Of a stretch of DNA of 64,000 bases, positions 13,011 to 25,489 are shown in pieces. The notes beneath the pieces were generated by a model that had not been told where the DNA came from, did not search any database, and saw only the letters and a program-made list of their open reading frames with translations. A program made the position numbers and the translations under genes. How positions within the stretch are numbered: the first letter of the stretch is position 1; each line of letters begins with the position of its first letter. Source of the stretch: Malacoraja senta (lineage: Eukaryota). Location of the stretch: assembly GCA_038087875.1 (NCBI GenBank), contig CM075981.1, forward strand, positions 620,001 to 684,000, read 5' to 3'.

Positions 13011-14730
13011 CGGGACCTTTATCCAAATGGTTGAAACCAGGACCAAGTTGTCCAAAGCCTCGATAGAAGAATGTATAGTAGGAGCAAGCCTAGCTGTTTA
13101 AATACTCGCTAAATGTAATTGAAGAGCATTTCTGCACAGCTAGGCACCTTATTTCTTTAACAGCCTGTCTTTTGCTTGTATTTTCTTTTCTATTCTAATT
13201 ACAAATGAGTGTTTTGATTTATAATTTACTGCCGAGAGATATAACTGTCTCACTGCATTGTGACAGTGCTGTCTTTGTGAAATCACTTGAACCTGTATGA
13301 TATGATTGTTCTGTAATTTAAAATAATTATCTTTCTTTGCTTTGTTTTTTTTCCTGTTAGTTTTAGTCCACAGCCTGAGCTTAAAGCTCAGTTTGGCCTC
13401 AGTTCCAAAAGATGCTCTTGATTTTAACCATGATTTAAAAAAAAAAAAAAGCCTTTACCTGGTGGTCATTGGATCCTATTTGGCAATTGCCACTTTTGTC
13501 TTCTGATACTTCTGTCTTTCCCTGAATCAGCGCTGACCGTATTAAATGACGAGTATCAAGTTTTAAACTAACCAGTCAGTACAAAAGCAGCTGTAAATAT
13601 CACTGTTACCAAAAACAAGATGTGAAATGGTTTTGTTTGAGAATTTCAGTTTTGCGTTTCCCTCTCCCTCTAGTGCTACCCTTGTACGCCTTAATATATC
13701 GGCACCATAAATGACTACATTTTCGATCGTGAATCGGTACCAATCGGGCAAAGAAAACTAAAGCTTGCATCTATTAATTCGGTGGGGAAAAATAAATTTG
13801 AACGGGTCAGTCTTCGAATTCTGGTCATTTATATTTTGACAAAATCAAACTGGGACAAGATTGTGCCATATGGAGTCCGTGGTCTCTGAATCCTTGTGGC
13901 TTCTTATTCCACAGACACCTGTTGCATACAACACGCACACAAAACATTTCCGAGATTATGTACCGTTTGTGATGGAGCTTTTAAAAAAAAAAAACACGAG
14001 CAATATCTTGGTGCATTTTCAGAACCTTATCCGAGCACTAGATGGTGACCTCTCAATGCTGTGGGTTTTATGTCTTTGAGGTTGGATACCCAATCGTGGG
14101 ACCAGAAAGTACTTTTACTCCAGTTACATGAAAATATATATTTAAAAAAAAATAATAAAGAATTTAAAAATCATTATATAAACACAAATTGTTTTTACTC
14201 AAAAATGCCTCTCCTGTTTTATGTGCTGTGACGGAGATGAGACGAATTATGTAGAAACAAGGAACTGCAGGTACTGGTTTACCAAAAAAGACGCAGAGTG
14301 CTGGAGTAACTCAGCGGGTTCATGCAAGGTCTGTGGATAACGTGGACAGGTGACGTTTTGGGTCAGGACTCTTCTTCAGACTACATTGGTTCAATTATTG
14401 GTTTGGTTACGAAGGATTTAGTAACAAACCCAATTGGCCTTTTTCCAATAATCTATCAAATAACAGTGAAATTTCACTACACCAATTGGTGTATGTGACA
14501 ATAAATGGACCTTATGAAATAACCCTCTCGCCTGTGTTCACCTGTTACCGGCCATGCTCTGTCCAACCCCTCTTTCCCAGCTTTCTTTCTTGCCCTCCCC
14601 GCAATCAGTCCGAAGAAGGGTCCCTGACGCAAAACGTCACCGATGCAAGTTCTCCAGAGATGTTGCCTGACCCGCTGAGTTACTTCAGCACTTTGTGTCT
14701 TGAGATGAACTATCAACATATGGCTACATA

Positions 14731-15548
14731 GTTCAAGTTCAAGTGAGTTTATTGTCATGTGTCCCTGATAGGACAATGAAATTCTTGCTTTGCTTCAGCA
14801 CAACAGAACATTCAATTTATTTGTCTTTTTTTTGTCTTTTGGACAAATTTGTCATTTGGACCCCTTGAGGTCCAAACAAAATGTCGTTTCTGCAGCCATA
14901 TAATACAAAACGAAGAAGACCCGAGACACAACACAATTTACACATCCATCCATCACAGCGCTGTGATGGAAGGCAAAAAAACGTATCTCTCCACTGCACT
15001 CCCCCCCCCCCCCCCGATGTCAGAGTCAAAGTCAAAGTCAAAGCCCCCGGCGGGCGATGGTGATTGTCCCGCAGCCATTAAAGCCACGCCGGGTAATGCA
15101 AGGTCGCGCACCGGGTCTTGGTGTTAGAGCCCCGGCGCGCGCTCGCAAAGTCCGGCGGCCATTCCAAGCCGCGCGGGGGGATAAAGCCCCGCTCCAGGTG
15201 CGCTTCAACCCCGCAACTCGGGCGGGAGAAGTCGCCGCTGCGGAAGCCCCGAAAAGCGGTCTCCCACCAGGGACCCGCGGGCTTCCTGTGTTGCCGTCCG
15301 CCAGACCCGCGGTTGTAGCCTCCGAATCTCCGGAGGTCGGGTGGCAGCAGCGATTGTCTCCACCACAGCTCCACCCGCTCCGGACTCGGCCAGCCCCGCG
15401 ACGGTGAGTAGTCCGCAGCTCCACGGGAGCCCCAGGTCGTTCCTGCTGGAGGCCGCTCCACGTTGCCCAGCCCCAACGACAACGGAGACCCGACAAAGAA
15501 AAGGTCGGGTCTCCCGTGCAGCGGAAAGATTTCTCCAGCATTTTTGTG
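14731..15548 (-). mobile_element. Copy-2-specific insertion: GC/CpG-rich non-coding retroelement plus a Rex-type 3' tail
   Basis: Absent from copy 1 (7841-7870); flanked by a partial duplication of tatca...atatggctacata; CpGs undecayed. Confidence 0.75.
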
Positions 15549-16982
15549 TATCACCATTTAAGTATTGATATGGCTACATAAGCAAGAAACCTTCCTTTCT
15601 GTCACTTTCTGTTCAGGTGCTGTATCTTTACTAGTCCCACCTGCCTGCATTTGACGCATATCCCTCTAAACCTTGTTTAGAGGTGGTTAGGAATTATAAA
15701 TAGGATTGACAGATTTAATAAAATAATCTGTTGCAAATGAGATGTGAAATCAGCAGAATTGATTAAATGAAACTGTTGAATCCAGTGTTAATCACAATGT
15801 GCCTTGCTGCAGGGCGAGTTAGCTACGCAGAACAGTGCATGAGGCAATGGAGAGAGAGTCATATAGTACAGATAAAGGCCTTTCGGCCCAAGTCGTCCAT
15901 TCCTAACTTTTTAAACCCTTTTTAACTTGTTTCCTTTGGTTGTTGATTTCCCCTCCTCTGGGTGAACGACTGTGCATTCACCCTATCTATTCCCTTAATG
16001 TTTCATGCACCTTTATAAACTCACCCCTCAGCCTCCTGCAGTCAAAGGACCTCTCCCTACAGCTCAGGCCCTCAAGTCCTGGCAATATTCTCGTAAATCT
16101 TCTTTGCGCTCCTTCCAGCTGAGTGACATCCTGTAGCAAGGTTGACCAAAACTGAACACACTATTCCAAATGTGGCCTCACCAATGTATTGTACAACTGT
16201 AACAAAGACTGGAACAGAGAATAAAGTGTTGGTGTCTGGAAGTTGGGGACAACTGAATGGAGGTGTTCTGAAAGCCCAGGCTTGCTTCGATCTGAATAAG
16301 GGTCCAGAACGGTGCCTGTCCATACCCTCCACAGATGCTGCCTGAACTGCTGAATTCCTCCAGCATTTGTGGTTTTACTCAAAATTCCAGCATTGCAGTT
16401 CCTTGTGTCTCACTTTCTTCGATCAGTGTTGTGTGACTTGACCTTGGTAAGGATGAAAAGTGCTAGAGTGGGTCAGGCAGCATCTCTGCGGAACATGGAT
16501 GGGCGACGATTTGCGTCGGGATCCTTCTGGGGACTTGGAACAGCAAGGTGTGGGCATGGGTACAAAGGTAAGGCCTCTGCTGAGGACTGAGGGGAGAAAT
16601 TGGTGCGAGTTCAGCTGAGTAACAGGGGAGGAGGATGTGGGGGAGAAAGGGGAGGGGGAAGGATGGGGGTGTTAGAGGTTACATAAAATTGGAGAATTCA
16701 ATGTTCATACCATTGGGTTGGAAGCTACCCATTCACAATATGAGCAGCATTGCTGCTGGAAATTACTTTAAAGAATGCATCATTTGAACTGTTAGCGCTT
16801 TAAATGTTTCCTCTATTTAATAATTCACTATTATAAAACTAATATCATCATATGTAACCATTCTTGCTCAATTAGTCCTTGCTTTCTCCCTCCCTCCCTC
16901 CCTCCCCTTCCCAGCTCTCCCAAAGCCTACTGTCTCCGCCTCTTCCTTTCTTCTTCCCGCCTCCCCCCACCTCCACATCAGT

Positions 16983-17010
16983 CTGAAGAAGGGTCTCGAT
17001 CCGAAACGTC
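16983..17010 (+). ncRNA. Minimal type I hammerhead ribozyme motif in a Penelope-derived repeat
   Basis: CTGAAGA-A-GGGTC tc GATCC-GAAAC-GTC: core, stem II, palindromic ACGT stem III and GUC triplet. Confidence 0.55.
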
Positions 17011-19272
17011 ACCTATTCCTTCAAGGTCATTCCAGCATTGATGCTGCCTCACCCGCTGAGTTTCTCCAGCATTTTTGTCTTACCTTGGATTTTTCCAGCA
17101 TCTGCAGTTCTTTCTTAAACATTCATCCTCAATATGTCACCCATTCCTTCTCTCCAGAGGTGCTGCATGTCTCGCTGATGTTACTTCAGCTTCTTGTATC
17201 TATCTTTGATTTAAAGCAGCATCTTCAGTTCTTTCCTGCACACTTCCTGAATCCTATCCCTTTATCATGCATTCTCTTTGTATAACTTTAGCCTATTGTT
17301 CCCTGCTTCCTAGTTACGGTATTGGGGGACCATCAAGAAGCTCGGTGACTAAACTTACCTGTTTGATTATTTCTATAAAATGTTTAAAATCACTGCTGTA
17401 TAAAAACTGATCACTACAAGTGTCGGAAACAAATGTTGTGTGGGAGTGAAGATAGACACAAAAAGCCAAAGTAACTCAGCGGGTTAGGCGACATCTCTGG
17501 AGAAAAGGAATAGGTGACATTTTGGGTCGAGACCCTTCTTCAGACAGTCAGGGAGGGAGAAATGAGTGATATGAAAAGATACGTAGACCAAATCAATGAA
17601 ATGTACGAAATGAAAAGACAAATCAAACCCAGCATTGATGATCAAGGAAATGTGGAGCCCACAATGATCCATTGTTGGCTGTGGAGCATGTGATAAGGAG
17701 TGAGACAGTGAAACTCTGCAGGATGACAGTTAACCAATATGACGACTAGGGTGGGCGGAGAGGGGATGCAAGGGTTATTTGAAGTTGGAGAAATCAATAT
17801 TCATACCGTTGGGTTGTAAGCTGCCCAAGTGATAGATGTTCCTCTAATTTATGTGTGGCCTCACTTTGACAGTGGAGGAGGCCCAGGTCAGAATGGGAAG
17901 GGGAGTGAAAGTGTTTAGCAACAGGGAGATCACATTGTGTGTCGTTGTACATCGTGTGGTTTGCTGCAGCCACAGTCCTTGAATAAATAACTTCCTGTTG
18001 TAGATCTGCCCACATGCAAAACCAGCATCAATATAACTGAGCTGAGCACTAGTTTTAACCAAAGATCTTGGTTTTGACGATAATTGAGCTGAGCACTAGT
18101 TTTAACGAGAATTTAATGTGTTTTCGTAACCACCACCGCAGTTATATAAGGGCTGACTTGTTCTGACGATAAGAATGATTGGTCAAAGCTGTTTAACAAA
18201 AAGTTAAGTGGCCACTGGATGAATTATTTAGTCTCAATTATCTTCATTTAATTTGGTAATCTCATTGATTTCTTCAGACTTCGAGACTGCTGTTATGCAT
18301 ATTTGATTTTTTTTTGTTTTTCCCTTTTCTTTAATGGAATGCTGAAGTTAATAATGAAATTAATCTCAAATAGATTTAAGATTAGCACAGTGGCGCAGCA
18401 GGAGAGCTGCCGTCTCACAGCGCTCAGAGACCCGGGTTTGATCCTGACCACCGGTGCTGTCAGTGTGGAGTTTGCACGTTCTCTCTGGATCAGTGTGAGG
18501 TTTTTTTCTGGGTGCTCTGATTTCCTCCCACATCCGAAAGACGTGTGGGTTTGTGGGACAATTGGCCTCTATAAATTGCACCTGGTGTATCGGGAGTGGA
18601 TGAGAAAGTGGTTAAGTTTTGTTCAAGAAAGGACTGCAGATGCTGGAAAAATCGAAGGTAGGAAAATGCTGGAGGAACTGAGCGGGTTGAGGCAGCATTT
18701 ATGGAGCGAAGGAATAGGCGACGTTTCGGGTCGAGCCCCTTCAGATTTCATGCTTTATCTCTGGACTCCAAAACAAAGCCCAATGTGCCGCTAAGAGGGA
18801 GAGAAATCCTCAATGATATTTTAGAGCCCTGTCCCAAATAATAAACAAGTTCAGATTTGTTACCTTTGCTTTCTCTCTGGTTTATCTTGGTATGGATTAA
18901 CTGGTTTATGCCGGTCAATGTGCCAACTGCATGGATAATGTTTCCCCATCTCTGCTAAACGCCGCACTTGAAACAACTTGCACAACTCTGAAATGGGGCC
19001 CTTCGATCTGTCACCTCCAAGCTAAACCTTGTACTCTGATCTAGTTTGCCTGCAGTCGGTCCATTTCCGTCCGTGTTTTGCATACTTAAGTGTCTAAATA
19101 TAATACAGTAAACCTTTGTTGTAAACTGGGAAAATGGTGTCCGTTATAGCTGATTGTCTGCTACAACAGAGTGTAATATGAGGCGTTTCATGTGTAGAGA
19201 CCCAACAATAACATTTAGGCTGAGCAAGGACTGCACTGACAGAGGTGCCTGTTCTTCAGTTGAAACATTAAA

Positions 19273-19567
19273 GCACGGTGGCGCAGCGGTAGAGTCGCTG
19301 CGTTACAGCTACAGCGCCAGAGACCCGGGTTCGATCCTGGACTACGGGGTGCTGTCTCTATGTAGTTTACACCTTTTCCACGTGTCCTTGCTTCGGTTTC
19401 CTCCCACACGTACAAGTTTGTAGGCTAATTGGATTGGTATGAATGTAAATCGTGTCTAGTGTGTGTGTAGGATAGTGTTAGTGTGCCGGGGATCGAGCTG
19501 GTCGGTGCGGACCCGGTGGGCTGAAGGGCCTGTTTCCGTTCTGTATCTCTAAACTAACCTAAACTAA
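19273..19567 (+). mobile_element. Full-length tRNA-derived V-SINE (HE1-like); dozens of further copies in the window
   Basis: A-box tggcgcagcgg, B-box ggttcgatcc, V-domain core, gggccgaagggcctgtttcc CR1-like tail, (TAAAC)n end. Confidence 0.85.
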
Positions 19568-20751
19568 GCAAAGCTCCAAGGCCGAGGAACTGGCACGGGG
19601 TGGCGTCGGCAGCCCGGCCTGACAGTGAAGTTCGGTCGGTTTCTCCGCTATAATCGGTGCGATATAAAGAGAGGGATCTCATAGAAACATATAAAAATTC
19701 CTAAAGGAATGGAAGGCTAGATGCAAGAAAAATGTTTCCCCCCGTGTCGGGGAGAGTCCAGAACCAGGGGTCACAGTTTAAGAATAAGAGGTAGGCCATT
19801 TAGGACTGAGATGAGGAAAATCTTCTCACCCAGAGAGTTGTGAATCTGTGGAATTCTCTGCCACAGAAGGCAGTGGAGGCCAATTCACTGGATGTATTCA
19901 AGAGAGAGTTAGTTATTCTTAGGGCTAACGGAATCAAGGGACATGGGGAGAAAACAGGAACGGGAACTGATTCTGGATGATCAGCCATGATCATATTGAA
20001 TGGTGGTGCTGGCTCGAAGGGCCGAATGGCCTACTCCACCTATTTTCAATGTTTCTATGTTTCTATGAAGAGGTCTGTAAAAACGAGGTGTTTACTGTAA
20101 TTGCATCGGACTCCACCACTCATTTATCATCCAGGTCAGGATGTGTGAACTTGATGACCCTGTGGTCCATCAACCACTTTCTTCAAATCAAATTAGAGAA
20201 CAATTTCAGGAACTTCATAAGTTCCCCAAATTCAAAACCAAATGACACGTCAATGTTTTAAAATATTCATAAGGTCATAAGTGCAAGGAGTAGAATTAGG
20301 CCATTCGGCCCATCAAGTCTACTGTGCCATTCAATTTTGGCTGATCTATCTCTCCTTCCTAACCCCATTCTCCTGCCTTCTCGCCATAACATCTGACACC
20401 TGCACCTATTCTGCAGAATCAGAGTGAACATTAACAACAGAAAGAGCAGAGAACTCAGATGGTTAATTGGGAATGATGGATGAAAGGAGGTTGGTTAACT
20501 TTCGATGACGGTCTGGTAAAAAGGTAAGTTGGAATTTTTTTTAGCACATTAACCACAATAGTCTTTTTTTCTAAGAGTTCTCGAACAATTTATTTGTGGC
20601 TTTGCTGGTACATATGACAATTAACACACAGGAGGTTAAGGTGTGATTTTATAGAGGTGTTTAAAATCATGAGGTGAATTGATGGGATGAATACACTGAG
20701 TCGTTTGCTCAGAGTAGAGGAATCAAGAAACCAGCGGGCATGGGTTCAAGG

Positions 20752-21116
20752 CAAGGGTTCCCAACCTGGGGTAAATTTCGCCTAACCAGGGGGTAAATTT
20801 GTTGATTCTAGATTTGTCCATATTTTTTCTCATTGATTGACTGTGTCTGCTTCTGGTATACCGGTATTTGCTCATCATTAGTTGTTCATAAATAAGTGAA
20901 ATAACATTGTTATGTGCTATTAAAGTTGCCAGGGGGGTGGGAGATTGCAACCTTCACGTGGTCCACCCTGTTTCAACAAAATCAATCAACCTGGCGTGCA
21001 CAATCAAATAAGTTCAAATAGAACAAGTAGTCCTACAACTTTAGGCTGTGCGCGCCATACGCAAGAGGAAGAAAGTTGCCAGGGGTAAACGTGACGAAAA
21101 AGGTTGGGAACCCCTG
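20752..21116. mobile_element. hAT-type MITE
   Basis: TIRs caagggttcccaacct / aggttgggaacccctg; 8-bp TSD gttcaagg / gtttaagg; inserted in a CR1 fragment. Confidence 0.8.
20934..21071 (+). mobile_element. Short retroposon with HDV-like 5' end, copy 2
   Basis: TSD aaagttgccagg (20922-20933 / 21072-21083). P1 and P3 perfect; P2 3' strand carries two mismatches. Confidence 0.8.
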
Positions 21117-22557
21117 GTTTAAGGTGAGAGTGGAAAGGTTTAAAAGATACCCGAGTGGCAACTTTTTCACTCAAGGGGTGGTGGGTTACATCGAACGAGC
21201 TGCCAGAGGAGGTAGTTGAGGCGGGTACTAAAACAACATTTAAAAGACACTTGGACAGGTACATGGAAAGGGCAGGTTTAGAGGGAAATGGACCAAACGC
21301 AGGCGAACTGGACTAGCGTCGATGGGGCCTCATGGGCAAGTTGGGTTGAAAGGCCTGTTTCTGTTCTCTAGGATTCTCGCACTCTTGAGTTGTGAGCACT
21401 CTGTTTTGTCTGCTCAAAACCTAGATTTATCGTCAGGCTGGATATAGACAACTTTTGTAGCCTCTCTATACCTCTGAATTACAACATTTTCTTCTTGTAT
21501 TGCAGAGATCGCTTTGATCTTTGTGGAAATCTATCACGTTTAGTCATGTAATTGAACTGATTCCTTCCTGCTGCTCCTGATATTATATTATGGTGTCAGA
21601 GTTGACCTTCCACGTGACAAATAGGGATGACCAAGCGTGTGCTTGGCTGCCATTCTTGAATGAGTGAAAAACGAGGAAGGGTTATTTCTAAGCCTTTCCC
21701 GTGGACCAGGAGTACTGCAATAGTGTGTATGAGTCAAGCGTCGAGTAGATGTCTTGGTTTATGCTCACGTGTACTGAGATACAGTGGGGGGGGGGGAACT
21801 TTGTTTCCTTCCTCATATTCCCCTCAAGTAGAAGAGTTCATAAGTTCTCGGAGCAAAATTAGTCCATTCGGCCCACCAAGTCTACTCCGCCATTCAATCA
21901 ACCGAGTTCGGTTCTGACTGTGGGTACTGTCTGAACGGAGTTTACATGTTCTCCCCATGTCACACACAGCAGTCGTCATTATTTTCGTTGTATCTTCTTT
22001 TCTCCAGCATTTTAGAGCCACGAGTTATATCGCTGTATACTGCAATATATTTAAAAAAAACACTTTCTGTTTTGGTAAATCCACTTGTTTGTCAAAATTA
22101 TGCCTGAGATTTAAAGCAGGAAGTGAGTTATCCATGAGGCAATTGTTTTCATGTGGGTTTTTCCTCCGGGTGCTCCGGTTTCCCCCCTCACTCCAAAGAC
22201 GTGCTGGTTTGGTTTCTGTGTAAACATTGTCCCGAGTGTGTAGCATAGAACAAGTGTCCAAAGATGATCCATGCTCGGTGTGGATTTGGTGGGCTGAAGG
22301 ACCTGTTTCCACACTATATCTAAAACTAGAAAGCCAAGCAAAGATTACAATCCAGGCAAACTTCAGTGATCTCTAGATCTTGGACATACTTCTTTTTGCT
22401 TGTAAGTAATTTCTTAAGAACTATGTTGAAATGTGAACGGGTGATCGGTGGCTGACGTGGACTCGATGGGTCAAAGGACCTGTTTCCATGTTGCAAATGT
22501 AAATGTTTACGAGAATGGCGTTAACTTGGGATGTTTATGGAAGCTGGAGCAATTACA

Positions 22558-22735
22558 CTAAGACCGGAACACCAGAGCAGAATATTCCACCGATTCTGAA
22601 GAATGGATCTTGACGTCTTCATTTTGCTCTTTTAGATCCTTAAGATTGGAATAAATCGCAGGCTTGCTTCGGTCTGAGCTGACGACTGAATGGTCACGGT
22701 GGAATATGCAATCGTATCTTCAGTTTCACCTCAGA
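22558..22735 (-). pseudogene. Gene A terminal ITIM exon, frameshifted as assembled (IAYSTV, AIYSNL, VEYSAL)
   Basis: Strong acceptor ttttttattccag|TCT. The literal phase-0 frame stops at 22694-22696. The Tyr motifs lie in the two other frames and align with gene B's tail. Confidence 0.65.
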
Positions 22736-22802
22736 CTGGAATAAAAAAAGTCAGTTAGATGTTTAAGTACAAACGCAAAATACTGTGGAAATCTGAGAAT
22801 AA

Positions 22803-23100
22803 GGGTGGCGCAGCGTTGGAGTTGCTGCCTCGCAGCGCCAGAGACCCTGGTTCAATCCCGACTACGGGTGCTGTCTGTACGGAGCTTGTACGTTCTCCCG
22901 GTGAGCCGCGTGGGTTTTCTCTGAGATCTTCGGTTTCCTCCCACACTCCGAAGACGCACAGGTTTGTATGTTAATTGGTTTGATATAAATGTAAAATTGT
23001 CCCTAGTGTGTGTAGGGCCGTGTTAATGTGCAGGAATCGCTGGTCCTCGGTGGGCCGAAGGGCCTGTTTCCGCGGTGTATCTCTAAACAAATAAACTAAC
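22803..23100 (+). mobile_element. Full-length V-SINE
   Basis: Same head/core/tail structure. Confidence 0.85.
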
Positions 23101-23734
23101 TGCAGGAAATGTTCCCAATGTTGGGCGAGTCTTAGAATAAAGGGGAGGCCATTTTAAGACTGAGATGAGAAAAAAACATTTTCACCCAGTGAGTTGTGAA
23201 TTTGTGGCATTGAGAGAGTTGGATAGAGCTCCAGGGGCTAGTGGTATCAAGGGATATGGGGATACGGGTTATTGATTGGGGACGATCAGCCATGGTCGCA
23301 ATGAATGGCGCTGCTGGCTTGAAGGGCCGAATGGTCTCCTCCTGCACCTATTTTCTATGTTTCTATGTGTCTATGAAATGCTCAACAGGTCAGGCAGCAA
23401 ACGTGGAGAGAGAAACCGAATCAAAGGGCAGTATTGCGTTGTGATTTGTTAAAGAAAATGACACAAGTGCTGGATTAACTCAGCGGGTCAGGCAGCATCT
23501 CTGGAGAATATGAATCGGTCAGGACCCTGCTTCAGACTCAAAGGTCCCGACCTGAAATGTCACCTATCCATGTTCTCCAGAAATGCTGCCTGACCGGCTG
23601 AGCTACTCCTGCACTCTGTCTTGTTCTGTAAATCAGCCTCTACAGTTCAACACGTGTAAAGAAGAGATGTATCCTGTTCAGAATTTGAAAGGATAAATAA
23701 TACAGTATGGTTTCACACATCTCTACATTCTTAC

Positions 23735-23772
23735 CTTGGCTGTGGTGGGAGTTTCTGAGTTTTTGCAACCAT
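23735..23772 (-). CDS. Gene A cytoplasmic exon NGCKNSETPTTAK
   Basis: ctgttttgcag|AT...AAG|gtaaga; 38 bp, phase 1/0; same phase as gene B exon 44793-44845. Confidence 0.65.
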
Positions 23773-25489
23773 CTGCAAAACAGGTAACAGCATGTAATGT
23801 AGAATAACGATAGTTCTCATATTTCCCCGAGTAGCAGAAAAAACATTGAACAGTACAGTACATGAAACGGGCCCTTCGGCCCACATTGTCTATACCCGAC
23901 ATGGTGCCAAGTTAAACTAATCCCCTCTGCCTTCAAGTGATCCACATCCCTCCATTCCCTGCATATCCATGTGCCTATCTAAAAGCCCCGTAAATGTCGC
24001 TATCGTATCTGCCTCCACCACCACCCCTGGCAGCACGTTCCAGGAGTCTCCGACTCTCCCCGCACTTGTCCCGCACGTCTCCTTTAAATTTTGCCCCGCA
24101 GGTGCTGGCCATAAAGCTATGATAGAGTTGCTGCCTCACAGTGCCAGAAACCCGAGTTCGATCCTGACTACGGGTGGTGTCTGTATGGAGTTTGTACGTT
24201 CTCCCTGTAACCATGTGGATTTTCTACGGGTGCTCCGGTTTCCACCCACACTCCAAAGATGTACAAGTTTGTAGGTTAATTGGCTCCTGTAATATTGTAA
24301 ATTGTCCCTGGTGTGTAGGATAGTGCTCGTGTACCGGGGTGATCGCCGGTTGGCGCGGATTCAATGGGCCCAAGGGCCTGTTTCCATGCTGTATCTGTTC
24401 CTCCCACGTTACAAAGTCCTGCAGGTTTGTCGGTGAATTGGCTTCTGTAAATTGTCCCTAATGTGTAGGATAGAACTAGTGTAAGGGTGAGTGTTGGTCG
24501 GTGTGGACTCGGTAGGTCACGGGCCCTGTTTGCACACTGTTTCTCTTAAAAATGAATACTGTAGCTGGGGAACAAGGAGATGGTAGACTTCTTGATGGAT
24601 GTGGTTGAAAGCAGGTTTGTTCCGCTTGTGATGAGGTGTCAACCGCAGCACACATCTCAGTTCCCCACTCTCTTCCGCACTCATGCTCCCCCCCCCCTCC
24701 CCCCTCCCACAAACCAACCGAGCATTTTACCACAAGCTGCAACCACATGTTACTTTCCGGTCTTATCAACCGAGTACCACTTCCTTTTCACACTCATACA
24801 CTGAGGAGACGCTCGTGGTTGTGGGTTCAAGACCCACCACTGAAACCTGACTCTTCAGACTGAGAGTCAGGGGAGAGGGAAACGAGAGATATGAAAAAGT
24901 GCATCGAATAAATGATTGAAAGGCACGTAAAAAGACGGATCAAAGCCAGCACCGATGATCAAGGAAATGTGGAGCCCACAATGGTCCATTGTTGGCTGTG
25001 GGGAAAGTGATAATGAGAGGGGATCTTATTGAAACATATAAGATGTTTAAGGGTTTGGACACGCAAGGGCAGGAAACATGTTCCCGATGTTGGGAGAGTC
25101 CAGAACCAGGGGCCACAGTTTAAGAATAAGGGGTAAGCCATTTCGAACAGAGATGAGGAAACATTTTTTCACGCAGAGAGTTGTGAGTCTGTGGAATTCT
25201 CTGCCTCAGAGGGCGGTGGAGGCAGGTTCCCTGGATACTTTCAAGAGAGAGCTAGATAGGGCTCTTAAAGATAGCGGAGTCAGGGGATATGGGGAGAAGG
25301 CAGGAACGGGGTACTGATTGGGGATGATCAGCCATGATCACATTAAATGGCGGTGCTGGCTCGAAGGGCCGAATGGCCTTCTCCTGTTCCTATTGTCTAG
25401 TGTCTATTGATACAAACAGTGAAACTCAGCAGGACGACAGTGAAACTAGTGCGACGACCAGATTAGGGGAGAGACGGAGAGAGAAGGAA

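Larger units (their letters stand above)
11183..19022. repeat. Tandem segmental duplication, copy 2 (7840 bp)
   Basis: Same termini as copy 1; 7-nt filler ACAATCT (11176-11182) at the junction; copy-specific indels. Confidence 0.95.

Noticed and set aside
15038-15568. Several overlapping 75-167-aa ORFs
   Set aside because: Stop-poor GC-rich repeat with ORFs in many frames on both strands; no protein motif.
19273-19345. tRNA-like A/B boxes
   Set aside because: These are V-SINE heads without a full cloverleaf; no true tRNA gene was found.
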